64,000 nt of DNA from assembly GCF_018350175.1 (NCBI RefSeq), contig NC_058382.1, positions 57,290,001 through 57,354,000 of the forward strand. The letters are read 5' to 3'. Of this stretch, positions 36,122-48,884 are shown in pieces (the stretch's first letter is position 1; each line of letters starts with the position of its first letter). Under the pieces are notes generated by a model. It did not search any database. It was not told the origin of the DNA and was given only the letters and a program-made list of their open reading frames with translations. Origin of the DNA: Felis catus. Lineage: Eukaryota. Position numbers and translations under genes: made by a program.

Positions 36122-37894
36122 GTGAGTGTGGGCGCCCAAGCCGTGCTCTTGGCGCCTGCCCCACCCTCCCTGTAACGCCCCGGGGGGAGGGGGGGAGGAC
36201 TGTCCCAGAGAAAACCACCAGGGCCCCCCAAGCCTGGCCGAGAGCTCCTCCTGTCCTGCCTCCCCTCTTCTGAGTCGTCTCTCCCTGCAGGGGTCACAGG
36301 CCTTGGAGCCCTGCCACCTCCTAGCTGGGAACGGGTGCTTCAAATCTCTGAGCCTCAGTTTCCTCATCTGTAAAATGGGCTGATAATATGCTACCCCATG
36401 CTCTGTCATCTGTGTCATAGAAGAGGGAGAACTCGAGGTCGGAAGCTTCTCTACACCGTCTGCACCGTAGAGGGGGAATTCTGAGCCTGTCCTCGGGCTG
36501 CAGAGCCCGTGTGGGGTGCGTGTGCACGTGCGTGTGTTCTCCCCGCCCCCAGGGATGGTCGGAGCCTTCCGGATAGAAATGTTAGTGAAATTCCTCTTAG
36601 CCTCGTTCCGAGGGGGCTGTCGGTTAGCAGTAATTGTTGGTGATTACGTGGGAGTTTGGAAATGTCTCGATCTCCAACGGTGACCTTTGGAGCAGGAGCC
36701 TCGGGGAGGAGTGGGGGCACTGTGTCCCAGGATAACCAGAAAAAAGCCGCGTATTTAAGATTTATCTTTTTAAGCTACATATTTGAAATGATTTGAGACT
36801 TCAAGGCAGTAGTGCCTTGACCCCTCCATCCCGGTGACCCATTATGGTCTCTCTCTTCCCTCTCCAGCCCCTGCTGTCTCTCCTGGGGGACTCTCTGAGA
36901 GTAGGTTGCAGATCTCATGCCTACACCCAAGATGCGAGGCTCCTCTGAGAGCCAGCTTCTCGGGCGTGCCGGTGACCGTTCGGGTTTTACGGTCCATCTG
37001 CCTGGAGCCCGACATCTGAGGGGTTCATGTCTTAAGAGGAACGTGAACGTCAACACAGGCAGGAAAGCTGACTCTTCGGAGAGCAGGGTCTGGGGAGTCA
37101 GTGCATTTCTCTGGGATGGGTGTGAGGTCACTCCGAGGCTGAGCGTCCCGTGTCCCCCAGGCTTGCCTCTGGCAAGGCGACCCTGCCGGTGCTGCGTGAG
37201 GACAGGGGATCGTCGTGCAGCCGCGAGCAGGGTTTGATCTAGTCTGTAAAAGTGACATGACGGTGCGTGGAGGGTGTTCAGCTCCAAACATACCTCTCTC
37301 TCCTCCCTGTGGTGTGGCGGGCCAACACTTGTCCCCAAGGAGGAGGAAGGCCCAAGAACGCTTCATCGCCGCCAGCCTGGAAAAACCCTGCCATTTGCTT
37401 CAGAAAATAGTTTTTGCCCTGGTTGCTGATAAGCTATCAGCGCGAGGGTGTGGATCGGCTCCTCGGGGTTCTGGCGCCCTGTGTGATAAATGTCAGTGCT
37501 GGCCCTGAACACCCTGACGCTTTTTAGGACGGCCACAAAACAAGGAAACCAAATGTCTCACTGTTGCCCAAGGGTGATCTTTAAAATGGAGACGAAATTG
37601 GCGAAGCAGTATGTTAGTTTCCAGTGTGTGAATGTGCTTTGTTGACAGTGCTGATGCCCTGAGGAGGGGGGGAGCTCACCCATGGCGGCGTTGCCCAGAG
37701 AAACTTCTGCGGGACCTGGCCAGACGTCCTTGGCACAGATGTTTCCCCACAGTGATAGGCTGGCGACGACGGAGGGGGCGGTGGGGTCGATGACCATCAA
37801 CAGTGGGAATCCTCAGTAATTCGAGACGTCTGAAGTTCCGGAGTCAACCGCTTTTTAAAGTTCTTTTATTTTAAAATTCTTTTATTTTATTGTA

Positions 37895-38514
37895 GGGGCG
37901 CCTGGGTGGTTCGGTCAGTTGAGCGTCTGAATTCAGCTTGGGTCATGATCTCGCGGTTTGTGAGTTCGAGCCCCGCGTCGGGCTCTGTGCTGACAGCTCG
38001 GGGCCTGGTGCCTGCTTCGGGTTCTGTGTCTCCCTCTCTCTCTGCCCCTCTCCTGCTCACGCTCTATCTCTCTGTGTCTCTCAAAAATAAACATTAAAGG
38101 GGCACCTAGGTGGCTCAGTCGATTAAGCATCCGACTTCGCCTCAGGTCATGATCTCACAGTCCGTGAGTTCGAGCCCCGCGTCGGGCTCTGTGCGGACAG
38201 CTCAGAGCCTGGGACCTGTTTTGGATTCTGTGTCTCCCTCTCCCTGTGCCCCTTCCTCGTTTACGTTCTGTCTCTCTCTCTCAAAACTAAATAAAATAAA
38301 AATAAAAATAAAAAACATTAAAAAATAATTTTAAAAATTATTTTATTTTAGATGAGGGGGGAAGGGCAGAGAGAGAGGGAGAGACAGAATCCCAAACAGG
38401 ATCCACGCTCAGTGCGGAGCCCAAGGCAGGGATCGATCCCACGACCCTGGGATCATGACCTGAGCTGAAATCAAGAATCTGACGCTCAACTGAGCTCCCC
38501 GCCCCGGGAGCCCC
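37895..38514. mobile_element. cluster of three CAN-SINEs in intron 4 (+ 37895-38098, + 38099-38326, - 38328-38514)
   Basis: Two tandem sense copies abut an antisense copy tail-to-tail. Confidence 0.9.
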
Positions 38515-38864
38515 CCCCCAACACTTTTTTTACATACAAAAATGTCAGTTTCGTGTGGTTCCTCCTATCATTTGCATATCTACGGTTTAAGGGAAATTGT
38601 TTGTTTTAACCCTCACAATAATCTTAAGAGGTGCCAATTCTCTGCCCATTTCCAGGTGAGGAAACTGAGGCTCAGAGAGGATTAGCGAAGCAGGGCAATG
38701 AAGATTAGCTACTCAAGTTACTTTGTCACGTGCACTGCAGGCATTCAGGTCTCCTTGGAACAGACTCACAAAAGCACCACGTACTCCCCATGCGAATTGC
38801 ACACCTCGTCATGACCCTTGCTGAACGATATGTTGGACTTCTGCTTCCGGTTCCTCTGTTAACA

Positions 38865-39080
38865 CAGTGGTTCCCAAACGTTTTGGTCTCGGGACCCCCC
38901 CCCCTTACACTCAAAAACCATTGAGGACCCCACAGAGCTCCCCCTTGTGTGGCCACGGATGATGACCACGTTAGAAACTAAAGCCCAGGCGTGAGAAAGA
39001 TTTGTGTGTTCGTTCATTTAAAAACGACGATAAACGCGACGCGCATTCAAGAGAAATAGCGTTTCCTTTAAAGGTCACTG
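38865..39080. mobile_element. hAT-type DNA transposon fragment
   Basis: Terminal-like cagtggttcccaaacgttttggtctcgggacccc..ttacactc. Confidence 0.55.
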
Positions 39081-39352
39081 TACTTTCCAACATGCGTACA
39101 AATTGAAGCCGGGCCTTGGTTCACATCTCTGCAGTTCTCTCTCATTTGTGCCTGGGGAGCAGAGAGACGCTCGCGTCGGCTCCTGCACTCGATCCGCTGC
39201 GGTATTGCCCGTCCCGCAGCGTCTGGAAACTCCATGCACACCTGGCAGGGAACGAGAATGGACGCACAAATAGTCCCTTTGTATTCTTAGGAAGATAGTT
39301 GTGGCCTCTTGAGCTCACTGGAAGGAGTTTCACCCTCTCGCTTGTTTTCCAG

Positions 39353-39394
39353 ATGGGCGATTCCTACGACACAAGTTTTACAAGGAATACCCAG
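39353..39394 (+). CDS. WFDC1: WFDC1 coding exon 5
   Basis: Acceptor cttgttttccAG and donor GTAGGG. 42 nt encoding (D)GRFLRHKFYKEYP. Confidence 0.93.
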
Positions 39395-39899
39395 GTAGGG
39401 GAAGAAACCACTCTTCCTTTGCAGAGGGCACTAAACGGGGGCGCTGAGAGTTTCTTGGGTGAAAAAAGAAATCTAGAGCCCCATTGACTCTTTTGAGGGC
39501 TACAGTCTGAAGCTGCTGTCGCTCGTGTGCCATCAGGTGGCCCTTGGGGGTGAGGTGGTGGGATGCCCAAGCCACTTCCGGTGTGAAAATCACTCCTCCA
39601 CCCTGAGCAGCCCTCCAGGGGCACCTGACACGGCAGGGGCCGTTCTAGGCTGCAGCCTGGGACTGAGGCATCAGTTCAGGCATGTCTCCCCCGGGACAAA
39701 TTGAGAACTAGGATTAGAAAAGAACGTGGAAGCCCTGTTGCCTGGTGGTGAGAGGAGGTGGGAGCCAACGAGGGGCTCATAGAAGACAAATGGCTTTGTG
39801 TTAAATGTTACAACTTGGTACTGGGTGTGTTTAAGTCCTTCCTACTTTCAGGGGGTTGGAAATATGGCTGACACTCTTCTTCTATGTAATCCTTCATTG

Positions 39900-40260
39900 A
39901 GCTATCCATGATGTATCTATGCATCAATCTATCCAATACTGTTCTTCTATCTCTCTTTCCATCCTTCCTTCTATCCGTCCTTCCTTCCTTCTTTCCTTCC
40001 TTCCATCCATCTATCCATCTATCCAATACTGTATTCTTCTATCCTTCTTTCCATCCTTCCTTCCATCCTTCCTTCCATCCTTCCATCCATCCATCCATCC
40101 ATCCATCCATCCATCCATCCACCTGTCCATTCATCCATCTATCCATCCATCCATCCATCCATCCACCCATCCATCCATCCATCTATCCATCCATCCATCC
40201 ATCCATCCATTCATCCATCCATCCATCCATCCATCCATCGATCTATTCTTCCATCCATCA
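39900..40260. repeat. compound (TTCC)n/(ATCC)n tetranucleotide repeat in intron 5
   Basis: Direct reading. Confidence 0.95.
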
Positions 40261-40857
40261 TTTCTTTATTAAGACTTTACAGCACATATTTATCAAGCAT
40301 TGGTCTTCATCCTGTGCTAGAGGTTGGGGCTACATTTGTGGACATGACCGACCCAGTCCTTCCCATCAGGCAGCTAACGTCAAGCAGGAAATAAAAACAA
40401 ACCCAAGTAGTTACTTAGTAAAAACAGTGATCAGGGTGACTGAGGTCACGCCGAGGACACTAGGGAAAAGGATACCTTGGACTAGGACACCAAGGAAAGC
40501 TTCCTGAGGAGGGGCCGTTTGAGCTCAGCCTAGAGAATAAGAATTAGTGGGCAGAGGAGCAGCCAGTGTGAGAATTCTGCGGTTGGAAGCACCTTGGCCA
40601 TCGCGGCAGCTGGAGTGTGTAGTGAACAAGGGGGACAGTGGCGGGAGACGGGGCCAGAAAGGGAGGCGGAGCCAGACCACACGGGGGCTGTGGCCACGGT
40701 GAGGAGAGGCCAGAGGCTGCAGGTCGGCCTTGGGTGACCTCATCTGGGGGGGAAGAAGGCACAGGGACAGGGAGCCAGGTGTCCAGACTCCACCTGGCAG
40801 TGGCTGTTGAGCCGCAGAAGACTCGCCCGCCCTGACAGAGCCCTGTTCTCTTTGCAG

Positions 40858-40916
40858 AGGGCGACTCCAAGAATGTGGCCGAGCCCGGAAAAGGACCCCT
40901 GAGGCACTTTCAGTGA
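40858..40916 (+). CDS. WFDC1: WFDC1 coding exon 6 with stop codon (exon continues to 40929)
   Basis: Acceptor ttctctttgcAG, encoding (E)GDSKNVAEPGKGPLRHFQ-TGA, with donor GTCAGT at 40930. Exon sum 144+184+84+141+42+59 = 654 nt = 217 aa plus stop, frame intact. Confidence 0.94.
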
Positions 40917-42126
40917 GGCAATGGGGCAGGTCAGTCCGGGGAGTGGTGGCCGGTGGCAGGGGAGGGTGCGGGCGCAGGTGTCCTCGGTAGCTTTACTCAC
41001 CAAGGTGACCGGTGGGAGGGGGAGAGTGGGGCTTTACCCGGGGCCAGAATTTCATAATTCCCTTGCGGTGTCCCAAGTAGGCGTATACGAGAAGTGGCTG
41101 TGTCGCCAGAAGTTTCCAGACCACCCGGACCTAAATCCAAAGACTAGGCTGCAGCCTTCCTTTCCGTGCCTGGTTTTAGGGCCTCCGTGAACGGCCGACG
41201 AGTCCCCCGCTGCCCCCCGGAGTCTGTCCCTCTGTCCCTCCCTCGGTCACACGATACGGTCAAGTGCCAGCTCCGAGACAGGCGCGTGCCGGGCACTCGG
41301 TTCCTCAGCAGCCCTTCGGGACGGCCGGGGTTCCTGCTCCTAGGGGCCTCCCCCCGGCAGGAGACCACACAAGTCAGCAAGGAAATCGGCCTGCGATGCG
41401 TGTCGTGAAGGGAACGGACGGGGGCGTGAGGGAGAGTAGCCAGGTCGGGGAGGGGCCGTGCGTGGAGCTCACGTCTGAGCCAAGATCTGAGACGGGACAG
41501 AAGAGCCGCCTTGGGGCGGCCTGGGGAACGGGGCCTGGTCAGGGTAGCTGGAAGAGTAGGAGTCCCAAGGGCAGGAGAGACCGTGGCTTCGAGGAGCCAC
41601 AGGGAGGCCACCACGGAATGACGGCGGCGAGGCTGGCCCCAGAGGGGTCCCCAGGGAAGGCCCTGCTCTCAGATGAGATGCTCCAAGGCGAGATGTGTGC
41701 CTGTGATCGGGAGCATCTGCTAAGAAAGCCTGAATGCCCGCCCCACCCTGTGAAGGCCCCACACGTGTGCCCACGGTAAACAGAAGCCCTTCAAAGCAGC
41801 TAACGCCCCCCAGAATGTCCTCGAAAGGCAAACATCAGGCTTCACGTTCCAGAACATTCTGGCGCGAGTCCTCCGGCAAGATCTCGAGCCCTCGAGGATT
41901 GGTGCCAGCGTGTCTCTTACCTGCTGATGCCAGGAACGGTCCTTGGGGTGGGTCTGACCCACCTCGGGCAGTGGCCTCCCATGGGGATGCGCGGGAGGTG
42001 CGGGGAGGGCGACGGGGTAGCGCGGGGCGTGAGAGGCAGTTTGCGTGATGGAGAGGGATGCGTTGAACTAAACAAGATGATGCCCAGAGAGACTGATGGT
42101 AAGTTAAGAATTCAGTCCTAGGGATT

Positions 42127-42349
42127 GGGGCGCCTGGGTGACTCAGTCAGTTAAGCGTCTGACTTCGGCTCAGGTCATGATCTCGCGGTCCGTGAGTTCG
42201 AGCCCCGCGTCAGGCTCTGTGCTGACCGCTCGGAGCCTGGAGCCTGTTTCGGATTCTGTGTCTCCCTCTCTCTCTGCCCCTCCCCTGTTCATGCTCTGTC
42301 TCTCTCTGTCTCAAAAATAAATAAAACATTAAAAAAAATTAAAAAAAAA
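42127..42349 (+). mobile_element. CAN-SINE (intron 6)
   Basis: TSD aagaa(t/c)tcagtcctaggga. Confidence 0.93.
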
Positions 42350-42465
42350 GAACTCAGTCCTAGGGAAACTGGTATCTTCCTGGTATTGAGGGGGGGGTGG
42401 CACAGACCGTGACCTCTGTCCTGCCCCCAGCAGCGGCTCTCATTCCTTCTCTGCTTCTCTTCCAG

Positions 42466-42860
42466 CCAGTGCGCAGGAACATTCTTCCACTTTCCGCTAA
42501 GCCTTGGAAACCGTTGGACCAAACACGATTTGACCCCCAGAGGCCATGCCCAGCTCAACAGAGATACTCAGACACAGGACACCCGGCTCTCGATGCCAGC
42601 ATGACCCGCCTGGCTGGGTGACTTCGCGGGAGCACTGGGTCCCCGTGTGACCATCCGGGGAACACAGCACACCTAGCAGCCCCGCTAGACCCGGAGACCC
42701 CACGGAGCCCACCCTGGAAGAGGTCACTGCCTTTGTGAGCTGTGTCAAGCCCCTTTCCGTGTCTGTGTTGTTGCGCATTTCTTCCAGATTTGTCTCTGGG
42801 AGGCATGTCCCTCTGCCAGATGTTCTCAAAATAAAGCGCCCCTTACAAAACAGAAACGAA
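42466..42860 (+). other. WFDC1: WFDC1 terminal non-coding exon (3'UTR)
   Basis: Long polypyrimidine tract ending ttccAG at 42465, and AATAAA at 42830-42835. The 3' end is approximate. Confidence 0.7.
42830..42835 (+). terminator. polyadenylation signal AATAAA of WFDC1
   Basis: First canonical hexamer after the terminal-exon acceptor. Confidence 0.65.
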
Positions 42861-45049
42861 CTTACCTGCTCGGGTAGGATTCGTAGTTTTAGCAGCCCCG
42901 CCCCGTGATCTTAAATCACATGCGCTCAAGCCCTTGAACCCTGGAGATGGGTGGGGGCGGGGGATTCTGGGGTGAGGCGTCAGCGCAGCTCGGCTTCTGG
43001 AATATCCAGCCTCACGCGCACTGCTCTGGGTCTGGGTTGGATGCCTCTGAGACAGACCCGGGGAGGAGGGTTTGTTGAAAGCGCTTTGTTAGGAAAGTTC
43101 CCGGGGGACACTGGCGGGAGGGTAGGGAAGTTGGGCAGGAGGAGGAAGTCAGACAAGATGAGGAACAAGGTCCCACAGAGGAGGGTTGGGGAGACCCTCC
43201 AGGGCTCCAGGGGGAGATGCTCAGAGGGACCCCCACTTGGCTTAATGAAATTCTTACCAGTGGTTGACCAAGGGGCCCGCGTGTTCATTTTGCAAATGGT
43301 GCCGGTGGCCCTGGGTCACACCGTGGACGCGGCCCCACTGGGGCGCATGGAGTCTGGACGGCTGACGAGGCTTTTTTTAGGGAAGGCTAAAGAAAGAGCC
43401 AGAAGCTCTCCCAAAGAGGGTAGGGGTGGGCACCAGGAGGGGGAGTCTCGGGAAAACGCACGCACGAGGGGTGGGCAGACTGTCCCCTAGATGTCCACAC
43501 CAGAGACCCCCTTTTACAAAGGAGGCCGGCAGACCCCAGGACGTCTTGTGACTTGCCCAAGGTCATTCGCCGCCAGGCAGTGACAGGTGGGCAGTTAATC
43601 CTTCCGAGGAGGTCCCTCTGTTCCTGGCCGGGGCCCTATGTTGTTACATCACGCCTCACGGCAACCGTAACACGGGAGCCAGCTCCTTCGGACCACGTAC
43701 CGCGTTCCAGGCGCCTCTGTGAGCCCTTTAAAGAAAACCAACAGGTCATCTGGGCTGTCCCAAGCCGCGAGGAAGACCCTACGCATACCCATTTTACAGA
43801 TCAGGGAAACAGAGACACAGAGAAATAAAGTCACTTAGCAAGTGTCCCACAGCTAGTCAACGGCAGAGTGAGGTTGCAGACCGAAATAATAATCCGATGG
43901 GGGTGGGGGGGTGGGGAGGGATTTTTTTTCTTTTTCTTTATCGCCGAGAAGAAGCCTTTAATTTGTGTAGCTATATGAACACGTGTAGGTACTGAATAAG
44001 TTTTGAGTAAAATATTGGACTCGATTATGGCATTCTCCTACCTACCGTCCTTCAGAGCAAAGAGATATTACATGGCTTTTTCTTGTGCTCCTGGGAACCA
44101 CGGATTCTAGGAAGGTTTTCCGGAAAAGATTGTAGAAGGGGAGGAACACATTTGTTCTCCCCCGCCGCTCCGTGTCACAGTCAGATTAGACCTTATACCA
44201 AGGTCGTCTACCCGTTTGTCTTTTTAAAAAATAATTTTTAAACCCTTCTTATCTGAAAGAATGGTGCCTTTACAGGACGTGCAGAGAAATGGACAGGGGC
44301 GCCCACCTTACCCGCAGTAACGTCTTGCGTAACTTAGCCCAACAGTGCAACCAGGAAGCTGGCGTCGGGACATCAGCAGAGCTGGTGAGGTTTTCTCTAG
44401 TTCCACGGGGTGAAGCCACGCCCCCAAGGCCTCGCTGCTTGGAACTGGGCAGTTGGGAGCCCCACCCCCCATCTCCTTCTTCCAGAACTGCCGGAGGCTG
44501 GCTCCGCTTCTCGGAATCCACAGTCTGGAGTTTTCTCTCTTGCCATACTCAAGAGGCAGTAGGGGGCACGGCCATCTCTGTGGCTGCCTGGGGACAGGTC
44601 CACAGCCACGGGGGGCAGAGGTGGCCCAGCCTCTGAGGGCTGAGTCCCTCCTGACGGCAAACGGGGGCCTCGAGGAGGGGCACCGGAAAGCTGGGAGAGG
44701 TGGGCCGGCCCATGGGCTGCTCCAGCCCTGCCTGCTGGATACAAAGGGCTTCGTGCAAGATCCCGGAAAAGTAGCTGGACCCCGGGGGCACTTGGCCGAG
44801 GGCAGGGCTGGCGAGGGACCTCGCCCCCTTAAGAAGGCTGTTCCCTAAGCGCAAACTTCATCAAACCATCCACTTGTTCCTTTGGGTTGACCAAGTTAGC
44901 TACAGTCTTTCCCGGCACCATTTTCCAGCTGGGCTGCTAAGATTAACCGATTCTCCCACCCCAAGTATTTTTCTAGAAGAACAGTCACATAGAGATCAGC
45001 AAGGTCGTCCAGAAAAGAAGGCAAGCGGGGCCCTTCGGGCAAAGACAGT

Positions 45050-45255
45050 GCAGGTGGGACAAAGCCTACTTTATAATCCCTTGGGGGCCACTCTAAATCC
45101 AGGATGATCTCATCTCAAGAGCCTTAATTTAAGTATATCTGGAAAGACCCTATTTCCAAAATAAGGCCACATACACAGGTTCCAGGGTTCTGGTTTTGGG
45201 GGTTAGGAGGTGGACCCTCTTTTTGACTGAAGGAGGGGCACAATTTAACCAACTG
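45050..45255 (-). mobile_element. MLT1 (MaLR) LTR fragment
   Basis: aatccaggatgatctcatctcaag..gaccctatttccaaaataaggccaca. Confidence 0.7.
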
Positions 45256-47284
45256 TAGGGAGCAAGGAAGTAACTTTGGAGAAGTCTTGGGGTGATGGTG
45301 GGGCGGTCCGGAGCCGATGGCCGAGAAAGAATTCTCGGACGTCTTTGGTGCGAAAAGGTGACTTTATTAAAAAGGGGTGGTGGTACTGTTAGCCTGTACT
45401 TTGCCCTCAACTTGGTCCGAGCTCCCTCATCAGCTTAGCTCGGGGAAGTAGAGGAAAGGCATCTCAGGCAGAGGGAACAGTAGGTGCAAAGCACAGCCCA
45501 GGGAAGCTCAAGGAACTGCAAGCAATTGGGCGTGGTTGGTAAAAGGGGGCCCTCTGGGACAGGACGGGGGGTAGGTAGATCGCTGACCAGGTGCCAGCAG
45601 GTTCACAGCTGGCTCGAACTTGACCACGAAAGCAATGGCGAGCCACTGAAGGGTTTGCCTGGATTATTACCTCATTTGATTCTCCCCACCTCTCTCAGAA
45701 GCTAGGATTCTGATCCTCATTTACAGCCGAAAACACTGGGGCTCAAAGAGGTGAAGTCGTTTGCCCAAGAACAGACCGTTAGGAGCCCGTCAGAAATAGG
45801 ATTGGAAATCAGGCCTCGTCTAACCCCGTAGGTGGGAAGACGAATGCAGCAGGGCTCTGTGTGTTCACGTAAGGCTATTCAGGAAGAAGGAAGGGCACAG
45901 TGGGAGGATTTTGCAGGGACCAGGCATCAGGGCCACAGCCCTGAGAACGGCTTTCCGCCGCTGCGCCTGGGGGACGCCATGTTGGTAGGCTGGGAGCCCT
46001 CCCTGGCCACAGCGGATTGGTCCAGGCGTGGGTCACCTGACTAAAGGGAGGCCAATCAGACTCCCCTATCCCACTCTGCCGCCCGGTCTTTTGGACGCTG
46101 GAAGGTGACCAGGCTCCCGGCTCAGGGGGAGGAGACCTGTACATCCCGCCTCTGCAGGTGCTTTCCTCCATGGCTCCTATTGGGATAATGAGAAATCCTG
46201 GTGGTGAAGCTTCCTGCCCAAGGCCTGGCACGAAGGGAAGTCCTGGGCAAACATCAGCCAGCTCTAGGGGTTGTGTGAACAGAGAGAGGGGCTCTTAGCT
46301 GTGCAAAGGCCACCTCCCGCCTTGTGTATGAGAAGGAAGAGGAAGGCGGAGAGAGAGACAGAGACAGAGACCGTAGATAGCTCTTGACAGTGTCCCAGGA
46401 CTTGAATCCGATTGACGTGAGGCTTGGAGGCCCTCCCTCTGCTGACGTTCCAGGACAGACTCGGTGGCCCCCAGTCGCCCCAACTCAGGTTGGCATAAAT
46501 GGGTTTCTGTGATGGGCCATCAAAACCGAACCCGAACGAAACAATATAAAACACCAACTAAAACATCAGACACCTTGACTGGGAGATCTGAGCAACCCGG
46601 GGGCCCTCTGGGATCCGCTGGGACAGCGTTTGGATTCCTGCCCCACGCTCGGTTGCCACATAAAGAAACAGGCCCAAGTCACAGTGTGGGGCCACCGCCA
46701 AGGCTCCCGAGAGGCCACATCCTGCCTGTGACCGCCGGGAGGCCTCACCTCCCGAAGCACTCCCACGTGATCTGCCGCCCCACATTCCACACCCACACCT
46801 CCGGCTCTGAGATCGGCAGACGTCTGGCAAGTTCCATCTTCAACCCCGGAACTTGTTGAACAGGTGCCTTGAGGTGGGCGAGTCCCCTGCCCGCGAGGCC
46901 CTACCCCGCCGGGCCCAGGCTGGAGCGTGTGTTGTGGGGGCGTCGCTTGGGGCCGTTGTGATTTCCCGAGTCACGTGCCAAGGCGAGCGGCTAACATTCG
47001 CCCCTTCCGCCGCCACCACCCCGTTGGAAGGATGCCATCGTCCGCATTGATGGCAGAGAGAGTTGAGGCTTGGTTACTGCTAGCTTCTTGCTCAAGGTTA
47101 TCCAGTTTCTACATGTGGGAGCCAGACGTTCTTTTGCATGAGATCGGCAAGGCTGATCATGAACACCTTCAAATATAAACAGGGTGCGGAAAGTGGACTT
47201 ACCAGCCAGCTACCATTGTTTCATCTATAGCCTCAACTTTTTTGCGAGGGCAGAGGCTGGCGTACTTTGTGTTTTATTATCATT

Positions 47285-47462
47285 TTAAAAAGTTCATTTT
47301 TGAGAGACAGCGTGAGCGGGGGAGGGGCAGAAAGAGGGGGGACAGAGGATCCGAAGCGGGCTCTGTGCTGACAGCAGGGAGCCCAGGGCAGGGCTTGAAC
47401 TCACGAACCACGGGATGACCCCCTGAGCTGAGATCAGCCGTTCAACTAACTGAGCCACTCCT
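47285..47462 (-). mobile_element. CAN-SINE
   Basis: Typical body. Confidence 0.85.
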
Positions 47463-47704
47463 AGGCTGGAGTACTTTAAACTAAATCCTAGACGTGCTAT
47501 ACATCCCCTCTGAAGGCTCCAGAATGTATCTCTAACAGATGAGGACTTTTTTTTTTTTTTTTTTTTTTTTTTACCTAACAGTATGCTCATTGTCATAAGA
47601 CCACTGGTCGGGAAAGTTCGCGTTGGAACTACCCCTCTGTGTAACCAGGGAGGAAGCAGACAGTTTCAGCCCAGTCCCGTTCTTCCAAGGTGGGCAGGTT
47701 CATT

Positions 47705-47886
47705 ACAGCAGCAGGTCCCAAAGCAGGTGCCCCAGACCAGCATCCCTGGGGACCTCGCTAGAAATGCCCGTTCCCAGGCCCACCCCAGACCTGCTGAGTC
47801 AGCAACTCGGAGGCTGGGCCAAGCAATCCGTGTTCGAACACACCCTCCCTGGGATTCTGATGCCAGCTCAAGCTTGAGAGCGCCTG
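47705..47886. mobile_element. MER5A-like DNA transposon
   Basis: tagaaatgc..ggcccaccccagacctgctgagtcag..gattctgatgc..aagcttgagag. Confidence 0.75.
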
Positions 47887-48884
47887 ACAGATCTCACGCG
47901 GCTGCGGTTCTGTTCTCGCATTTACTCCTTTTATTATTTACGCACGTTCTGATCCTTCCCCGCGCGGGCTGCTGAGGGGCTGGTCTTCAGTGGTATTGTT
48001 TTCTGGTCAGAATCAGCGACCCCCGGAGCCGGATGGTTAGCGGGTGAGACCTGGCTCTTCCTCTCACTTCCTAGGTGGCCCCGCGTCCGAGCCTCCCCCT
48101 CCGTGAAATGCGCGGCTGGTGGCACCTGCCTCCTGGTTAAAGTATATAAAGCACCTACAGTGGTTCCTGGTTCTCAGCACCCGTTACGGAAGGACCAGCT
48201 GTTCTTACAAACGGGGGTGGCGAGGCCGAGCTAGGATGAGAAGCAGCCCGATTCTCAGGGGCAGGGCTGGGAGTAGGCCTCTGGGGAGGGTGTGCAGGAG
48301 ATCTGGGGGCCTGCTGGGAAAACCAGGGACCCCCCCTTGAGGCGGAGAAGCTGCCAGGCAGTGACGTGGCAGGAGATGGAGGGGAAGGAACTCACGGTTG
48401 CCCAGGGCGATGGGCTTCTCGAAGTCCCAGAGGGAGGACCAAGGGGGCCGCTGTAAGAGCTGTGAGGCCTCTGGGAGCCCCAGGAGGGTTCCCCAGCCCT
48501 CCAGGGCCCAGTCGGGGAACAGGGACAAACAACCAAGGAGCAAGGGGGGCGGGGGGGCCCTGGACTCCGGGAAGGCTCGGGGCCAGGAGGTTGGGGCTGG
48601 GTTCAGAGCAAACACTGAGGACAGCACTACCCCAGCCCCACCCGCCAGGGCTTGGAAACAGGAGTTCTGTATTATTATCTTAAGTAGGACAGACTCTCAG
48701 ACCCTTCCTTTAGATGAGAAATCTAACAGGGTGATAGAAATCTTGTTTCCTTTTTCATCGGAGAGAAGAGTCACCGGGTTTAATGTGTGAGAGGAGGGAG
48801 GTGCCGATCCAGGAGCACAGGGCACGCTTTGCCGTGATTCCGCAGACCCACCGGTGGGCGTGAGTGAGGGCTCACGGCATGGAC

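Noticed and set aside
37895..37990. tRNA-like A/B boxes in SINE heads
   Set aside because: These are tRNA-derived CAN-SINE internal promoters, not tRNA genes.
39908..40507. 199-aa ORF with HPSI repeats
   Set aside because: Translation of the (ATCC)n microsatellite.
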